From contig OZ024741.1 of NCBI GenBank assembly GCA_964016885.1, positions 270,630,001 through 270,694,000 on the forward strand: a stretch of DNA of 64,000 bases, written 5' to 3'. The translations under genes and the position numbers were made by a program. Of the stretch, positions 30,256 through 45,008 are shown in pieces. Below the pieces are notes generated by a model that was not told the origin of the DNA, ran no database searches, and saw only the letters and a program-made list of their open reading frames with translations. Numbering within the stretch: position 1 is the stretch's first letter; every line of letters starts with the position of its first letter. The stretch comes from Eledone cirrhosa (Eukaryota).

Positions 30256-30823
30256 GTGTGTACATCATCATCATCATCATCATCGTCGTTTAACGTCTAT
30301 CTTCCACGCTAGCATGGGTTAGACGGAAATTGTCCCATTTGAAGCAAGATTGGTTGGGTGACCGTATCTCGCTCGTATAGGACTATCTGGCAGGTTTTCT
30401 ATATATTGGAAAATGTGTGAAACCCTTGGCACAGTTAGATATATTTGAAAAAAGGAAAAGAATGACTTCACTTGTAGAATATATAAATATATTTCTCTCA
30501 ACATTTCGTATGGTAAAAATAGTTTCAGTTTACGATCATTTCGGGTGACGAACGGTTCCCAGGAACGAATTATGTTCGTTAAGTGATGTTCCACTGTATA
30601 TTGTTATCAGAACATTCTGGTGTAAATACTCGTATATACAGAGGTTTAGCAGTGTTCGTATTTAGATAGTAAGAGATTAGCTATCATATTTAGTTATGTC
30701 TTTAGCAGGTTCTGTTGCAAATATTCAAGACAGATCTCTCTGATTCGAGGATACTTTCTTTCTTCTCTCTCCATCACCATTACCACCACGATACACATAC
30801 ATACACACACACATATATATATA

Positions 30824-30948
30824 TAATATAGAAATGGCTTCTACAGGACTAGAACTGTTTCATTGGGGAGAAATCATCAGGAAAGGGCTTTCCTGATGAT
30901 TTCTCCCGAATGAAACAGTTCTAGTCTTGTAGAAGCTATTTCTATATT
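30824..30948. repeat. Fold-back carrying two hammerhead-like cores
   Basis: CTGATGA at 30893, GAAA at 30912, then cagttctagtcttg-TA-gaag, plus its mirror copy. Stem II is weak. Confidence 0.55.
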
Positions 30949-31019
30949 AAATATTTATACTCTGTTATGTGTTGAGTACCTTACTTACTGTGGTTACCCC
31001 CCGATTGGACCCGGGATAA

Positions 31020-31068
<49 letters not shown>

Positions 31069-31110
31069 CAATATTAAATAAATGGAAAACTATATTTATA
31101 AAACCATATT

Positions 31111-31176
31111 TATTTCACTATATATATTTCGGGGATATCATATTAACAATATGCTATGCCTTCATCAGACAAAATA
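31111..31176 (-). ncRNA. Type I hammerhead, family C variant
   Basis: TATTTTGT-CTGATGA-aggcatagcatat..atatgatatcccc-GAAA-tatata-TA-GTGAAATA. Downstream flank shared with the 9.6 kb and 59.2 kb copies. Confidence 0.65.
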
Positions 31177-31258
31177 CAATATAAACAATTTTGTCGAGTG
31201 CTTTTATATCAGTTATAAATATTTACTAGTTGTAACCCAACAATTTTAAATATAACTT

Positions 31259-31304
<46 letters not shown>

Positions 31305-31309
<5 letters not shown>

Positions 31310-31912
31310 GTACATACATATATGTATACAGACGTACAGTAGTATGTATATATATACGTACATGCACACATATATATATGCACGTATCAGTTTACCGAAC
31401 ATTTATTATAATGCTCGGTTTGTTCGTTTGTAAACAAACAGCCCGAGTTACGCCGTACAGTGTTTAGGCAACCACGTCACCTTTTTGTTCAACACTGACA
31501 CAGGAACGATGTACTAGTTTCAAGCTTATTAGCTATCGTCAGCATCGTATACCTTCCTGCCAGATGGTTGAACGTCTGAAAGTATATACTTTCCTTATCC
31601 ATATTAACGGCTGAGCAGCCTAATTTGCATATCGAGTGAGTTCAGTCGGCCGGGCGCACCGAAAACGATAAATGGAATAGAATGAAACGAAATTTCATTT
31701 CTCACTCTTAATACGGCACTTACTTAAATGTAAGTATGTATGTATGTATACGTACATACATATATGTATACAGACGTACAGTAGTATGTATATATATATA
31801 CATACATGTATGTCTGTATACATATATGTATGTACGTATACATACATACATACTTACATTTAAGTAAGTGCCGTATTAAGAGTGAGAAATGAAATTTCGT
31901 TTCATTCTATTC
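31305..31912 (-). mobile_element. Non-coding hammerhead element, family B
   Basis: Octamer 31623-31630, TATA palindrome 31578-31593, hammerhead and 3' hairpins. Direct repeat 31305/31747 and inverted repeat 31677-31775/31812-31912. Confidence 0.7.
31506..31548 (-). ncRNA. Intact minimal type I hammerhead, family B
   Basis: ACGATG-CTGACGA-tAGCTaataAGCTt-GAAA-ctag-TA-CATCGT, GUA triplet. Stem I extends via CAGGAA/TTCCTG. Confidence 0.85.
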
Positions 31913-31939
31913 TCTCTCTCTCTATATATATATATATAG

Positions 31940-32032
<93 letters not shown>

Positions 32033-32222
32033 AATGAAGTAATTCCGTCGGAAAAGTCCAGGAAAAAAGAGTGCTCTATGTAGGTAACAGAGCTTCAATA
32101 AACAGACCAGGATTTTTTCATTTTGAGGATTGAAAGCAAAATCTTTTGCTTTTAAGAAACCACTGGTAAATGGAATAATTGCCTTATGTTGTTTATTACA
32201 TAACTATATATATATATATATT

Positions 32223-32437
32223 AATGTATGTATCGTATATTTGGCAATATACCGTATGTTTAGTTAAAACCCTTTTGAAGACCATACGCTATCGGTTTTA
32301 AAGTAGTGACTATGTCACTTCTTTTCGGCGAAAGAAGGGAGAAAAGCTAACAGTCACTACATAAAACCGATAGCGTATGGTCTTCCAAATGTTTTTAATT
32401 AAACATACGGTATATTGCCAAATATACATACATTCAT
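32223..32437. mobile_element. Fold-back/MITE-like element
   Basis: ~85-bp imperfect terminal inverted repeats. Confidence 0.65.
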
Positions 32438-32754
32438 GTATACATCACTATTTCAGAGCACCAATCCTAATATATATATAGGTGATAGAATGCTTTACAG
32501 TATTCTTCCCACCTCATTGTGCGCTCTGAGTTCAAATCCCACCGTGGTCAACTTTGCCTTTCATCGTTTCGAGGTCGATAAAAAAGTACCAGTCCAGTAC
32601 TGGGGTCGATCCTTCCTCTATAGAAAAAATCGGCTATGTTCAGACCTGGAGAGGGTTGGGCTCCGCCACGTTTAAAAGTGCCCTAGACACACCGTGAGAT
32701 GGTTGCTCTATGACTCCACAAGCAGTTATGGGATCTTTATCCTTACACACACAC

Positions 32755-33082
32755 ATCTAACTTTGAGAGAGATGTATGCCGGCCTCCCACGCATATCTGT
32801 CGTTGTACGTAAAAGGAGAGTAAGATTTGCTGGCCACTGCCATCGTGCCACCTATGAGGCTGTGTCCCCATTAGTACTTTGGAAACCACAAGCAGTCACT
32901 AATAACAGAGTGCGCAAGCTCTCCTGTCCCGATGCCATCTCCAGAGATTCTGGTATTGAAATCCAGGACTTGGCAACGGCAATTAACAACAGATCCACGT
33001 GGAGAGCAATTGTTGAGTCCATTTCGGCTGAGGTTGCCGGATGATGATGATGATGGTGGTGATGATGATGATGATGATGATG
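32755..33082 (+). pseudogene. RTE LINE 3' fragment with (GAT)n tail
   Basis: RKRRVRFAGHCHR..LVLWKP peptide, homologous to the C-terminus of the 38960-39975 element. Confidence 0.75.
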
Positions 33083-33146
33083 ATATATATATATATATAT
33101 ATCATCATCATCCGGCAACCTCAGCCGAAATGGATATATATATTTA

Positions 33147-33187
<41 letters not shown>

Positions 33188-33224
33188 GACAACCTCATAT
33201 ATATATATATATATATATAAAATA

Positions 33225-33578
33225 GAGTAATGTAAAATATAATGTGTAAGTCAAACATGTTAAAGTTGGCTTCGTTTATTCTAATTCGCTGTTATATATA
33301 TTTCAGTGACAGCCATTATTGGCTGTGACCTCATCAGGCAGTAAGAATTAAGGTAGAAAAAACTCCAGGAAAACATGATGTTGTAATGTGTTCTACCCTG
33401 TTAATTCATCGATATATCGAGCCCCTGGGTGTGTTGTTAGTCCTCAAAGGAACTGGAATCATATATCTTACTGCCTGATGAGGTCACAGCCAATAATGGC
33501 TGTCACTGAAATATATATAGCAGCGAATTAGAATAAACGAAGCCAACTTTAACTTACACATTATATTTTACATTACTC
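33225..33578. repeat. Inverted repeat with a hammerhead on each arm
   Basis: 33468-33527 (+): TTACTGC-CTGATGA-ggtcACAGCCA-ataa-TGGCTGTcact-GAAA-tatata-TA-GCAGCGAA. Mirror copy 33285-33345. Confidence 0.8.
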
Positions 33579-33682
33579 CGTAGTAAACAAACCAACCTGC
33601 GTACTTCGTTGAGTGTTCCAACCTATATACTGAGGGGTCGGTAAACAACCAACACATAATAAAAATGTGTATATATATATAT

Positions 33683-33903
33683 AACGAAGGAAATGTGGTA
33701 AGGAACCAAGTGGACCATAACGCACCAAAGTACTCAATAGTTAGGGTAGTAGAGTGGGTAATAGGAACAAGTAAAACCCCCGACGGCTGAGCTCAAGCCG
33801 TTTCGACGGCTAATTCTGGACTTTCGCCGTTTCGCCGGCTATTTCTGGACTCAGAAATAGCCGTCGAAACGGCTTGAGCTCAGCCGTCGGGGTCTTACTT
33901 GTT

Positions 33904-33972
<69 letters not shown>

Positions 33973-34162
33973 CAAAGGAATTGTGGTAAGGAACCAGATG
34001 GACCATAATGCACCAGAGTACTCGATACCTAGGGTAGTAGAGTGGGAAATAGGAAAAAGTATGACCCCGACGGCAGAGCTCAAGCCGTTTCGACGGCTAT
34101 TTCTGAGTCCAGAAATAGCCGGCGAAACGGCTTGAGCTCTCCCGTCGGGGGTCATACTTTTT

Positions 34163-34166
<4 letters not shown>
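33683..34166. repeat. Two tandem copies of a ~200-bp unit ending in a long GC-rich hairpin, separated by (TA)n
   Basis: Hairpins at 33761-33907 and 34049-34166. 5' part related to 13130-13195 and 60320-60390. Confidence 0.75.
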
Positions 34167-34220
<54 letters not shown>

Positions 34221-34225
<5 letters not shown>

Positions 34226-34782
34226 CAATCCCCCGGTTTTTCGCGGTCCCACTACATCGTGGACTTTTCTTTGGAACGTATCTAATTTCCTATCGTGGTA
34301 CTCCTCGCTACATCGCGGAATTTTCGTTAGAACATATCTATTTTTTTTTATCGCGGTACGAACGTCTGAATAAAAAGTGTTTAAAATTTAAACTTATTAA
34401 ATAAGTTTCGATGTGATTGAAATGTATAGCATAAGTCTAAGGCTTTAACTATAAAAATGTTTCTATTCTTCATTCCATTACTGTTTTACTGATTATGTTT
34501 TTCTCTAATCTCCTACAAACCCATCATAGATTGACGGGAGATGTGCAGTGTAACCAAGCGGCTAACGTTGCTGGTAATGGTCGTCATTGGTAACTAGTGG
34601 TACGAAGGCTAGTGGTAGTTTCAATACGATAGTTACTGGCTGTTTTTGGTGTTTAAATACAAAAGTGTGTTTTAATGAGTTTATATGTACTTAAATCTTG
34701 TAGGAGAGGTATTTTAAGGTTTAAAACTGAAAACAACGGTTGTCTTTATGGTTTCTCTATATCGCGGATTTTCATTTATCGG

Positions 34783-34790
<8 letters not shown>
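34221..34790 (+). mobile_element. pogo/Tigger-like MITE
   Basis: TA-CAG start with ATCGCGG subterminal motifs at both ends. Confidence 0.5.
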
Positions 34791-34846
<56 letters not shown>

Positions 34847-35139
34847 CTTTGTCCCTCTTTTCCTTATGCATTCCCAAACAGCTCGACCAAATCAAATCAA
34901 ATTTTACAAAGTAATTTTTATTTACATATAATTTTTATTTACATTTGGATTAAAACAATATAACACTTTATCTAAAATAATCTTCTATAGACAACTAAGT
35001 AAACCGATATTTTATAACACGACGGCGACGTCACATTTTGTATATGAGTGTGTATATATCTATGAGTGTGTGTGTGTGTGTGTGTGTTTGCGCGTTTGTT
35101 ACGTACATTACGCCTTAGTAAGTTACATACACACACGTG

Positions 35140-35461
35140 CGCGCACAGGCACTTTGGAACTTCCATCATCCTTTTGAGAAACGTGGACCCACTACTTCTA
35201 TGCAATGGCACACACTTTACAGCGAGGAGAATAACGAATCATCTCCTAGAAGTCACTATTCTTGGAGGCAATCATCCAGGAGAAAATTCATTTATTCCCA
35301 AGATTCCTCTTATCCCTTCCTCTATCGAGCTGCCATTCAAATTTTCAAGACTTCAGTCCCCTGTTAGAACCAGTTTTGCTATAACTGTACATAAAGCTCA
35401 GGCTCAGAGTTTCAAAGTTGAAGAATTGAATACAAAAGAATCCATTTTTACCCATGGGTGA
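35140..35461 (+). pseudogene. Helitron PIF1-like helicase fragment
   Basis: IILLRNVDP..LCNGT..IPKIPLIP..PFKFSRLQSPVRTSFAITVHKAQAQS..FTHG. Confidence 0.85.
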
Positions 35462-35600
35462 AACATATGGTGTGGAGAGGGGTGACTGGTATGCATAGGC
35501 GACTTCATAAACAAACCTTGCCCAAGCTTGTACCTTGGAAGGGAACTAACTTTCTAGTTGCGTATCCCATGGTCATTCGTGACGGAAAGGGGTCTTTACC

Positions 35601-35704
<104 letters not shown>

Positions 35705-36997
35705 ACTGCATGCCCACAGATGAGATTCTGGTTTTGCTTGATTAACAAGTCTGATGAGCAGATTGGGGCTGAAGCCGGGTCTATAACACAAATATGGAAA
35801 AGAGTAAATATACAGAGAGTCATAAGTAACTGGTAAGCCCAACATTTACATTCCAAATGATAATATTTACTAAACAAACGAAATTATAAATATATCAAAC
35901 AATCTAATCTAATCTGGCCGAGTTTACACTCGCAAGTAAGAAGAACCAGGGCCGCCCCTAGGAGCAATGGATTTGGTGTACTTCATATTTGTTTCGGTTG
36001 CTGAATACAATCAGGGATCTCTGCTTCTCCTGAAGGTCAATAGTTCTCTTCTAACTCGAGTGGGTGCGCCTTTCCATTGTCAATTTGCAGGGATCATCTG
36101 CAAAGCCGCATTGTTCTCAGAACTTCTACACTAGTCATTCGATGCGTGCAGCTTGAAACTACTGCCACCCATTGATTTGGCAGGATTTTAAAAAAATGTT
36201 TTCTTTTAGATAGCCTCTTATGAGTCCTTCCGCTCTTTGTCAGGTTTTGATTTTTATCCTGCAGGGTGTCCAAAATCACCCCCCTCACCAAGTAAACTTG
36301 GTGGGGTTGCCGGTTTAGTCGCCGACGATCCGACCATGCGACAGGTTGTACTGGGTTACATGCTACCAGTAGCTCTCACGAGTGACCCGACATAATAGAG
36401 TGACCTGATATATCAAACAAAAGTAGTTAAAAATATATAAATAAAGAAATTGTTCGAAAAACTGACTCCCTTCCTCAATATATTTCGAAGCGGATGTTCA
36501 AAAAGTTATCAGTGAACCTTACGAATGCATTGACTTCCCGGTTACTTATGACTCACCGTGTATTATTCATGTAATAGTAGCAATTCTAAACACTAAGTAT
36601 GAAGGTGTGGGTTCGTTTCCCGCCGGTGCTAATGTCTTTTTTTTTCCATTACGGGGGCTCATATGCCCTAGTATTTAGGCTATATATATATATATAGTAG
36701 GGCTCATAGGTCCTGTTAATTAGACTATGTTTCCGTTGAGGGGATCATGCCTTATTATTTAGACAATTTTTCCGTTAAGGGAGCTCATATGCCCCATTAT
36801 TTAAGCTATATCTAGTAGGGTTCCTATGCCTTACTATTTAGATTATTTTTTATAACAAAAATTCAATGAAGGTTCTAACTTTCTCATAAAAGAGTACAGA
36901 ATCCGCAAATCGTTTCTAAACACACGTTCGATATATCGAGCTGTCGAAACGGCAAGAGCTCAGCCGTCGGGGTCCCGAATCCTTCATATATATGTTG

Positions 36998-37325
36998 GTG
37001 GCAAATTGGCAGAGTCGTTACAACATCGGATAGAATGCTTTACAATGTTCGTCCCACCGCATTGCGCGCTCTGGGTTCAAATCCCGCCGAGGTCAACTTT
37101 GCCTTTCAGCCTTTCGAGGTAGATAAAAAAAAGTACCAGTCTAGTACTGGTGTTGATTCTTCTTCTATATATATATATATCTCTCTCTCTCACTTTCTAT
37201 CTTTCTCTGGGAGATATCGGCTGTACTCAGGCCTGGAGAGGGCCAGGCTTAAAATGCCCAAGAAAAGCCGTTTGTCAATGCGGCGCCCCTACGACTCTAT
37301 GAGGAGTTAAGGGACCATACCGTAC
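36998..37325 (+). mobile_element. SINE family 3 (also 32480-32745, 42880-43335, 44010-44295, 57775-58015, 63260-63625)
   Basis: TTGGCAGAGTCGTTA head and GGTTCAAATCC B-box, shared core, distinct tail. Confidence 0.7.
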
Positions 37326-37415
<90 letters not shown>

Positions 37416-38021
37416 TAATATGGATTGACAGACTGGGCTGTGTGGTACTGATAACGGCGACACAAACAAGAGATGGATAATTTTCCTTCATCAGTTATCT
37501 ACTAGGGGTTACAGATGTTTCAGTGCATTATAGACAATACACCTATCCGTGGCGCGCACATAGCCTTTTATCTATCAAGAAGCCATGATGGAAAGAAGCG
37601 ATAGCGAAGAGAGAGAAAGAAAGAAAAAAAAAAGAAGAAAAAAAGGAAAGAAAAATAGAAAAAAGAAAAGAAGCAAACACGCCGATAGAAGGGGGGAAAC
37701 ACAGGTCAAAAGCACACGTAAGTGAGTAACCGATAAGAAATGAGAAAAAGTTTTTAAAAAGCCGTTGGGTTTAAGCGCAGGGGCCATATTAACAGCCGAG
37801 CAAGGTAAACACGTCTATTCTCAGTGAAAGCGGGCGCAGAGAGAGAGAGAGAGAGTAAGACGGAGGAACCGGAAGCGAGAAGATGGTAGTAGGCAGCGGG
37901 GATGAGTACGAGGGATATAAAGAGAGGGGGAGGAGGAGGGAAAGGGAGTTAATCCAGGGTGGCACGACGCAAGTCTAGCCAGGAATAATAAACAAGCGAG
38001 ATCGATAGATAGAAAGGGTGA

Positions 38022-38062
<41 letters not shown>

Positions 38063-38065
<3 letters not shown>

Positions 38066-38460
38066 GAGGGCAATCCCAAAAGTAAGGCCTCCTTCTGATA
38101 TTGCAACTTTTCCGTTAAAATCCTGTGGATGGTGCTTCAGGAAACCTCAGGAACCAAAATGCAGAGAGCATCCAGAGTGACCCGCCGATCTTTACGCATG
38201 TTTTCCTCGGAAGGAGACTTTACTTTTGGGATTGCCCTCGTATATAATAACTGCGCGAAATTCGCACTTGGCGGTAACGTTCAACGGGAGCTCCATTCTC
38301 AACGGCTGCCAAGCCAAGATTGAGCATCCCAGCGAAGCGCGAGCATGCTTGTTTGGGAGTGAAGGAAGCACCAATCACAACAGTGTTGCCAACAGCTGTA
38401 CGAACAGTTTCTCTGCATTCCCATTGCTTTGGAGACCTTACTTTTGGGATTACCCTCGTA
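38063..38460. mobile_element. Tc1/mariner MITE (38063-38242) plus a second right TIR (38431-38460)
   Basis: TA-CGAGGGCAATCCCAAAAGTAAGG and ..TACTTTTGGGATTGCCCTCG-TA. Confidence 0.8.
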
Positions 38461-38484
38461 TATATATATATAAATTATCGCTCT

Positions 38485-38735
38485 ACATGGCTGAATACAA
38501 TAAATGTAATCTGAGGTTTTCCAATATTAATAATAATATTCGATTCGTTTGCAATTATGCAAACAGCCTCATTTTTAAAGCCATGTCAGTAGAATGAGCC
38601 CCTTGTTTACATACCAACACAAGAACAAGAATGAGGGGCTCATCCTACTGACATGGCTTTAAAACTGAGGCTCGCTTGCATAATTGCAAATGAATCGAAT
38701 ATTATTATTAATATTCGAAAAACTCAGATTACATT
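38485..38735. mobile_element. Head-to-head pair of family A 3' ends
   Basis: 38505-38602 is reverse complementary to 38635-38735. Confidence 0.75.
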
Positions 38736-38737
38736 AT

Positions 38738-38845
<108 letters not shown>

Positions 38846-38860
38846 CATATATATATATAC

Positions 38861-39975
<1,115 letters not shown>

Positions 39976-39985
39976 ATCCCCAAGA

Positions 39986-40084
<99 letters not shown>

Positions 40085-40137
40085 TATAAAAAGGAATAAT
40101 AGATACAATATACCTATTATACCTATTTTTACTTTAG

Positions 40138-40228
40138 TCCCGACTGTACAGTTTCGATGGTCACTATGCAAAAATGATATATCATAGATATGTAACATTG
40201 TTGTGAGGTAAGTCAGCTTATCAAGGGA
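40138..40228 (-). ncRNA. Hammerhead motif with U3-A8 core
   Basis: TCCC-TTGATAA-long irregular stem II-GAAA-ctgtacag-TC-GGGA. Confidence 0.55.
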
Positions 40229-40688
40229 GCACCTCAGGGAAGAGCCCTAACTACATACGTCCGTAGCATACGAGAAAATCTCAGAAAGGCGGAGGGAGAC
40301 TCTATCACGTGATATACCGGTCAAGAAAGGTGATTAATCCCTTGTAGCAGTGAAAATATCTCAGAAGGCGGAGGGAGATATTGATATGATACATAGGCTA
40401 CAGAGGGGTGGTAAGGTTGACTAGAAGTGTATATAGTGTTTGCTTGAAAGCAGTCACTATACTTCCGTGGTTACTCTAACGTGAGGGAGTTAGAGACAAT
40501 AATGAGAGGTATACAAATATATGTGTATACATACATATACATGTATATATAAACATATATTTTTCACAAGTATGTGAGATTGTATGTTGTCGACCTTAAC
40601 CAGTGTTACTCTATGATTATGAGAGACAAGATAATCGAAATAATTAAATTGACACAATATCAGAGTTATGTAAAATATTGCTAAACAA

Positions 40689-41840
40689 TGCTAAACAAAT
40701 TCAGAAACGAAATATATATATATATATATATTATATACAGTATATATATATATTTCGTTTCTGAATTTGTTTAGCAAGATTCTTTATCTGAAAACGTCTG
40801 TTGAAACCGATATTGTTATACTTTGGGAGGGTCATGTTGCCAATAAGAAACACACGCACCAGTTGCTTTCACTCCAATTTATTATAAATTAAATTTATAA
40901 ATTTAAGAATTTATAAATTTCCGGTTGGTTGGTTCCACAACCGGACGGTTGTTCATATATTGTCAAAGTTCTTTCGTCACACATTCTGTGACCTCTTCAG
41001 TGACTGGGGATTCTTTTCTTTGTTTTGTGCCTCTCCTTTGTTCTGTCCTACGCCATCTTGTTTTTGTGTGTGTTGTGTGCTTAGTTTGCGCATGTGTTAC
41101 ATCCGGGTGTCTGTGTGTGTTTATATTTGTTTATTTACATGTTACTGGTTGGTTGTTTGTTCTATGTGTATGTGTGTTTTCATTTTGTCCTTAATTGTAA
41201 GTTGTGATGTTGCTATTCCATTCATGTTTTCTATTTAATTTTGGTTGGAGTTCATTTATGTTTATTGCCTCTGTGATTTGTCTAAACATTGCGTCTTTTC
41301 TGTGTGTAGATTATATTTATATTTCCTTTCTCTAATTTGCCCTTATGTTCTATTTTAGCATGTTGGTGGAGTATTGATGATCTTTCTATCTTGAAGCTCT
41401 CGCCAGTGTTCATTTAACCGTTCTCCTATACTACGAGCTGTCTCACCTATGTGCACTATATTCTTATCTTTACATTGTCCTTCAGTACATCTTATGCAAT
41501 ACACTACATTTCTAGTTTTACAGTTAATATGGGGGCTTAATTTAGAGATTATGCATTTCTTATCTATACAGGGAGGTTTTTGAAATGGGTATGTATTGCT
41601 AATAAGTGTTTTTATGGAGGTACCTGGTCTTTCTACTATCTTAATATTAAGTTTAAATTTATCTAGGGCCCTTCTAAATTTGTAAGCTAATTCACCTCTA
41701 GGGGTTGTATTGATGAACATTACACTCTGGTATTTATTGCTATCATACCATGAGTTTATTCTATTAACCTTATTCCTAGTTCTTTCTATTCTATTCCAAA
41801 ATTTGCTCCTATACAAGGGGCAGGTCCCATTAGTCCTGAC
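40689..41840 (-). mobile_element. Second copy of the Penelope-like element (GIY-YIG + pLTR) with a short inverted terminal piece
   Basis: ORF 41355-41876 includes NVVYCIRC..HIGETARSIGERLNEH. pLTR hammerhead at 40962-41004. Confidence 0.9.
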
Positions 41841-42429
41841 ATATTTCTTGAATTCTGTTTGCGAATGTCCTCTCATTTCATTTCTATTTATCTAGATAAA
41901 AATTGAAGCATTTGATCTCTATCTTTGCATTAATAATGGATTGGTAGTAATCGGTAGGGGTTCAGACAATATGCTTTTACGGCATAGAGTTAGGGCCCTT
42001 TACGTTCTGTGTTCAAATCCCTCAAAGGTTAACTTTGTCTTTCATCCTTACGGGGTTGATAAAATAAAGTATCAGTAACATACTGAGGTCGATTTAATGG
42101 ACTTTTCCCCTCCCCAAAATTGTTGGCCTTCTCCCTAATTCAGAAACGATTAAATAATTTTAAAGGTTTCAATTAAATCATCTCTTTCTTTCTTTTTGTT
42201 TGTTTGTTTCTTTCTTTCTTTCTTCAATAATTATTACTGACGGTTTCTTTAGCACGGTATCATCATCATCATTATCACCATCATCATCATCGTTTAACGT
42301 CCATTTTCCACGCTAGCATGGGTTCGACGGGTTGTCCTGTTTGAGGCAATCGGGTCAGGTGACCGTGTCTTGTTCATACTGGACTGGTTTAGGTTTGGTT
42401 TATTCAGCTGGATTCCTTTCCTAACGCTA

Positions 42430-42760
42430 ACCATTTTTACAGTGTGTGCTGGGTGCTTATTGTTGTGACACCTGCACGACCACTTTTACAGTGAGGGCTG
42501 GGTGCTTTTTGTCGTGACACCTACACGACCACTTTACAATATGGGCTGGGTGCTTTTGTTGTGACACCTAAACGACCATTTTACAATATGGGCTGGGTGC
42601 TTTTTGTCGTGACACCTGCACGACCACTTTACAATATGGGCTGGATGCTTTTTGTCGTGACACCTGCACGACCACTTTACAATGTGGGCTGGGTGCTTTT
42701 TGTCGTGACACCTGCACGACCACTTTACAATGTGGGCTGGGTGCTTTTTGTTGTGACACC
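42430..42760. repeat. 48-bp minisatellite, ~7 copies
   Basis: 16-aa periodicity in the ORF track. Confidence 0.9.
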
Positions 42761-43049
42761 ATAATTCATATGCTGTTGCCATAATTCAGGTAAGAGTTTT
42801 GTAATTCTTCTCTGAACATTTTTTTTTCAATTTTATCAATATCCTTTCTCAATTGTAGAGATAAGAGTCCTCTCTTTCGACCCTTAACTCTTGGTGGAAT
42901 CGTAGGGACGCCGTAGTGACATACAACAGGTCTTTTTTTTTAACCTGGCCGAGCCCATCCCTTCTCATGGTCTGAATATAACCGGATTTCTTCCAGAGGA
43001 GAGAGAAAGATATATATATATATATAGAAGAAATCATATATATATATAT

Positions 43050-43114
<65 letters not shown>

Positions 43115-44517
43115 CGAGAGAGAGAGAGAGAGAGGGGGGGGGAGAAAGAGGGAGAAAGAGAGAGAGTGAGAGATGACAAGGAAATAAGAAAGCAATATAG
43201 AGGAAGACAGTACAAGACTGCCACTTTTTTATCAGTCTCGAAATGATGAAACACAAATTTTAAATTCAGAGAGCAAAGGGCCGAACACATACTTCAAAGC
43301 ATTCTATCCGACGTTATATCGACCTGCCAGTTCGTCGCCACGCGGAGACCAGACTTGAGCAGAAAATTTCAAATGTGCTTTTACATACTTCTTGTACAAA
43401 GGATTGTTGTTGATCTCTCTCCCTCCCTCTCTCTCTCTAGAGAGAGAGGGGGGGGGAGAGAGAAAGAGAATGGGGAGACAGACAAATAGACGGAGCGGGA
43501 GAAAGATGAACAATATCAGGCTAAATTATTTTCTAAGCTTGTTTTGATTCAGAGGTAAAACGAGATCAAGTCAGCTGGATATAGATCTGGTTGCAGTGGA
43601 TAACCAATCTATAGTGTCTAAGTGAGCACTGAGCAAGCTTTCTTTCAAGCATAACATATCCTGGACAATATTATCTAATCTGTTCTTCTTTTTAAATGTA
43701 TATAGTGTAATCTGAAGGATATGTAGCTGCTGTTTCTAGCCTATTGAGTGACAACGTTGATTTTCCCCCTCGTCGACCCGATTTAAATAAGATAAGTGAA
43801 AAAGGAGTAAGTTCTTATTGTCTTCTCAGCCATTCCCAGACCGATTGATCGATACAGTCGAGGTTTAGTTAAGACCAACTGAAATAACCTCTCAGCTGAA
43901 TGTGAAATAATAAACAAAAATAATTATTTTCTTCGAAGCCAGACACCACAACTACGTCAACTATGCTTGCAATTTTTAAATTTTATTTTACTTATCTCCT
44001 ACTGAAAGCGGCTAATTGGCAGAGTCGTTAGAATGTCGGATAGAAAGTTTTGACTCAATGTCTCTCTGAGTTCAAATTTGTCTTTCATCTATTTAAGATG
44101 AATAAAATAGCAGTCAAGTTCTGGAGTCCCCTCTTTATCTCTTTCTCACATCCTTTCTATCCTTCTCTTGAAGAAATTTGCTGTATTCAAACCTGTAGAT
44201 GAGATGGGCTATACCAGGTTTTAAAATACCCTTGAAACGCCGTATGTTAATATAGCACCGCTATGATTCCCATGGAGTTACATGTCCATACATACATCGC
44301 CTCCTAAATAAGAGGGAGCGATATAAGTGAACTATTTTATTTAAAACAGTTTAAAAATGTAAATTTTCAATACGTTTTTATTCCTAAAAAAATTTTTTTG
44401 TTCATTTAAAAAAAAACTATTTTATTTATACATTTAAGAAATAAATCAGTTTTTTATTAAAAAAATATGCCAGCATTTTATTCATTAAAAAATGTATCAC
44501 TTTTTTTATTAATTAAA

Positions 44518-45008
44518 AACTAGCAGAAAAACCACCCTTGGGGTGGTTTTCTGCTAGCATGTGTAGTGTGTATATTGATATTATAGGTAAGTATATATAC
44601 ATGTAGATATGATACGTCAAATAAAATCGTAATTCACAATATATAATACACAGAAATTGAACGAAGACTGTGTTACACTCTCTTATGTAATCAGTAACGT
44701 AATCCATGACACATTAAAAAAAGACGATATTATATATAAACTGCATTAGGATAAAATTAGTGACAGAAAATTAGTATGTTTATTTTAGCGATGGCCAACC
44801 GGAAGTGTTGACATTTCAGAAATTTTAAAGAAGTGAATCTTTAAATAAACAAAATATATTTAATGAACAGCCACGTAATTTAGTAGATAAATTATGTAAT
44901 ATTCATTCATTATTTATTCAAAGTAATCCAACTTATTTTACAAACGGGATAAAAAAGAATAAACCGTACGCAGTCCCGCAGACTTTCCTTTATTATAGTT
45001 TAGATATA
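44518..45008 (+). mobile_element. Helentron/DINE-1-like non-autonomous element
   Basis: ACTAG start with perfect hairpin CTAGCAGAAAA..TTTTCTGCTAG, ends TTTATTATAGTTTAGAT. Confidence 0.5.

Noticed and set aside
36210-36400. Possible HDV-like ribozyme in a LINE 5'-like repeat (copy at 58757-58910)
   Set aside because: A consistent nested double pseudoknot could not be built by eye.
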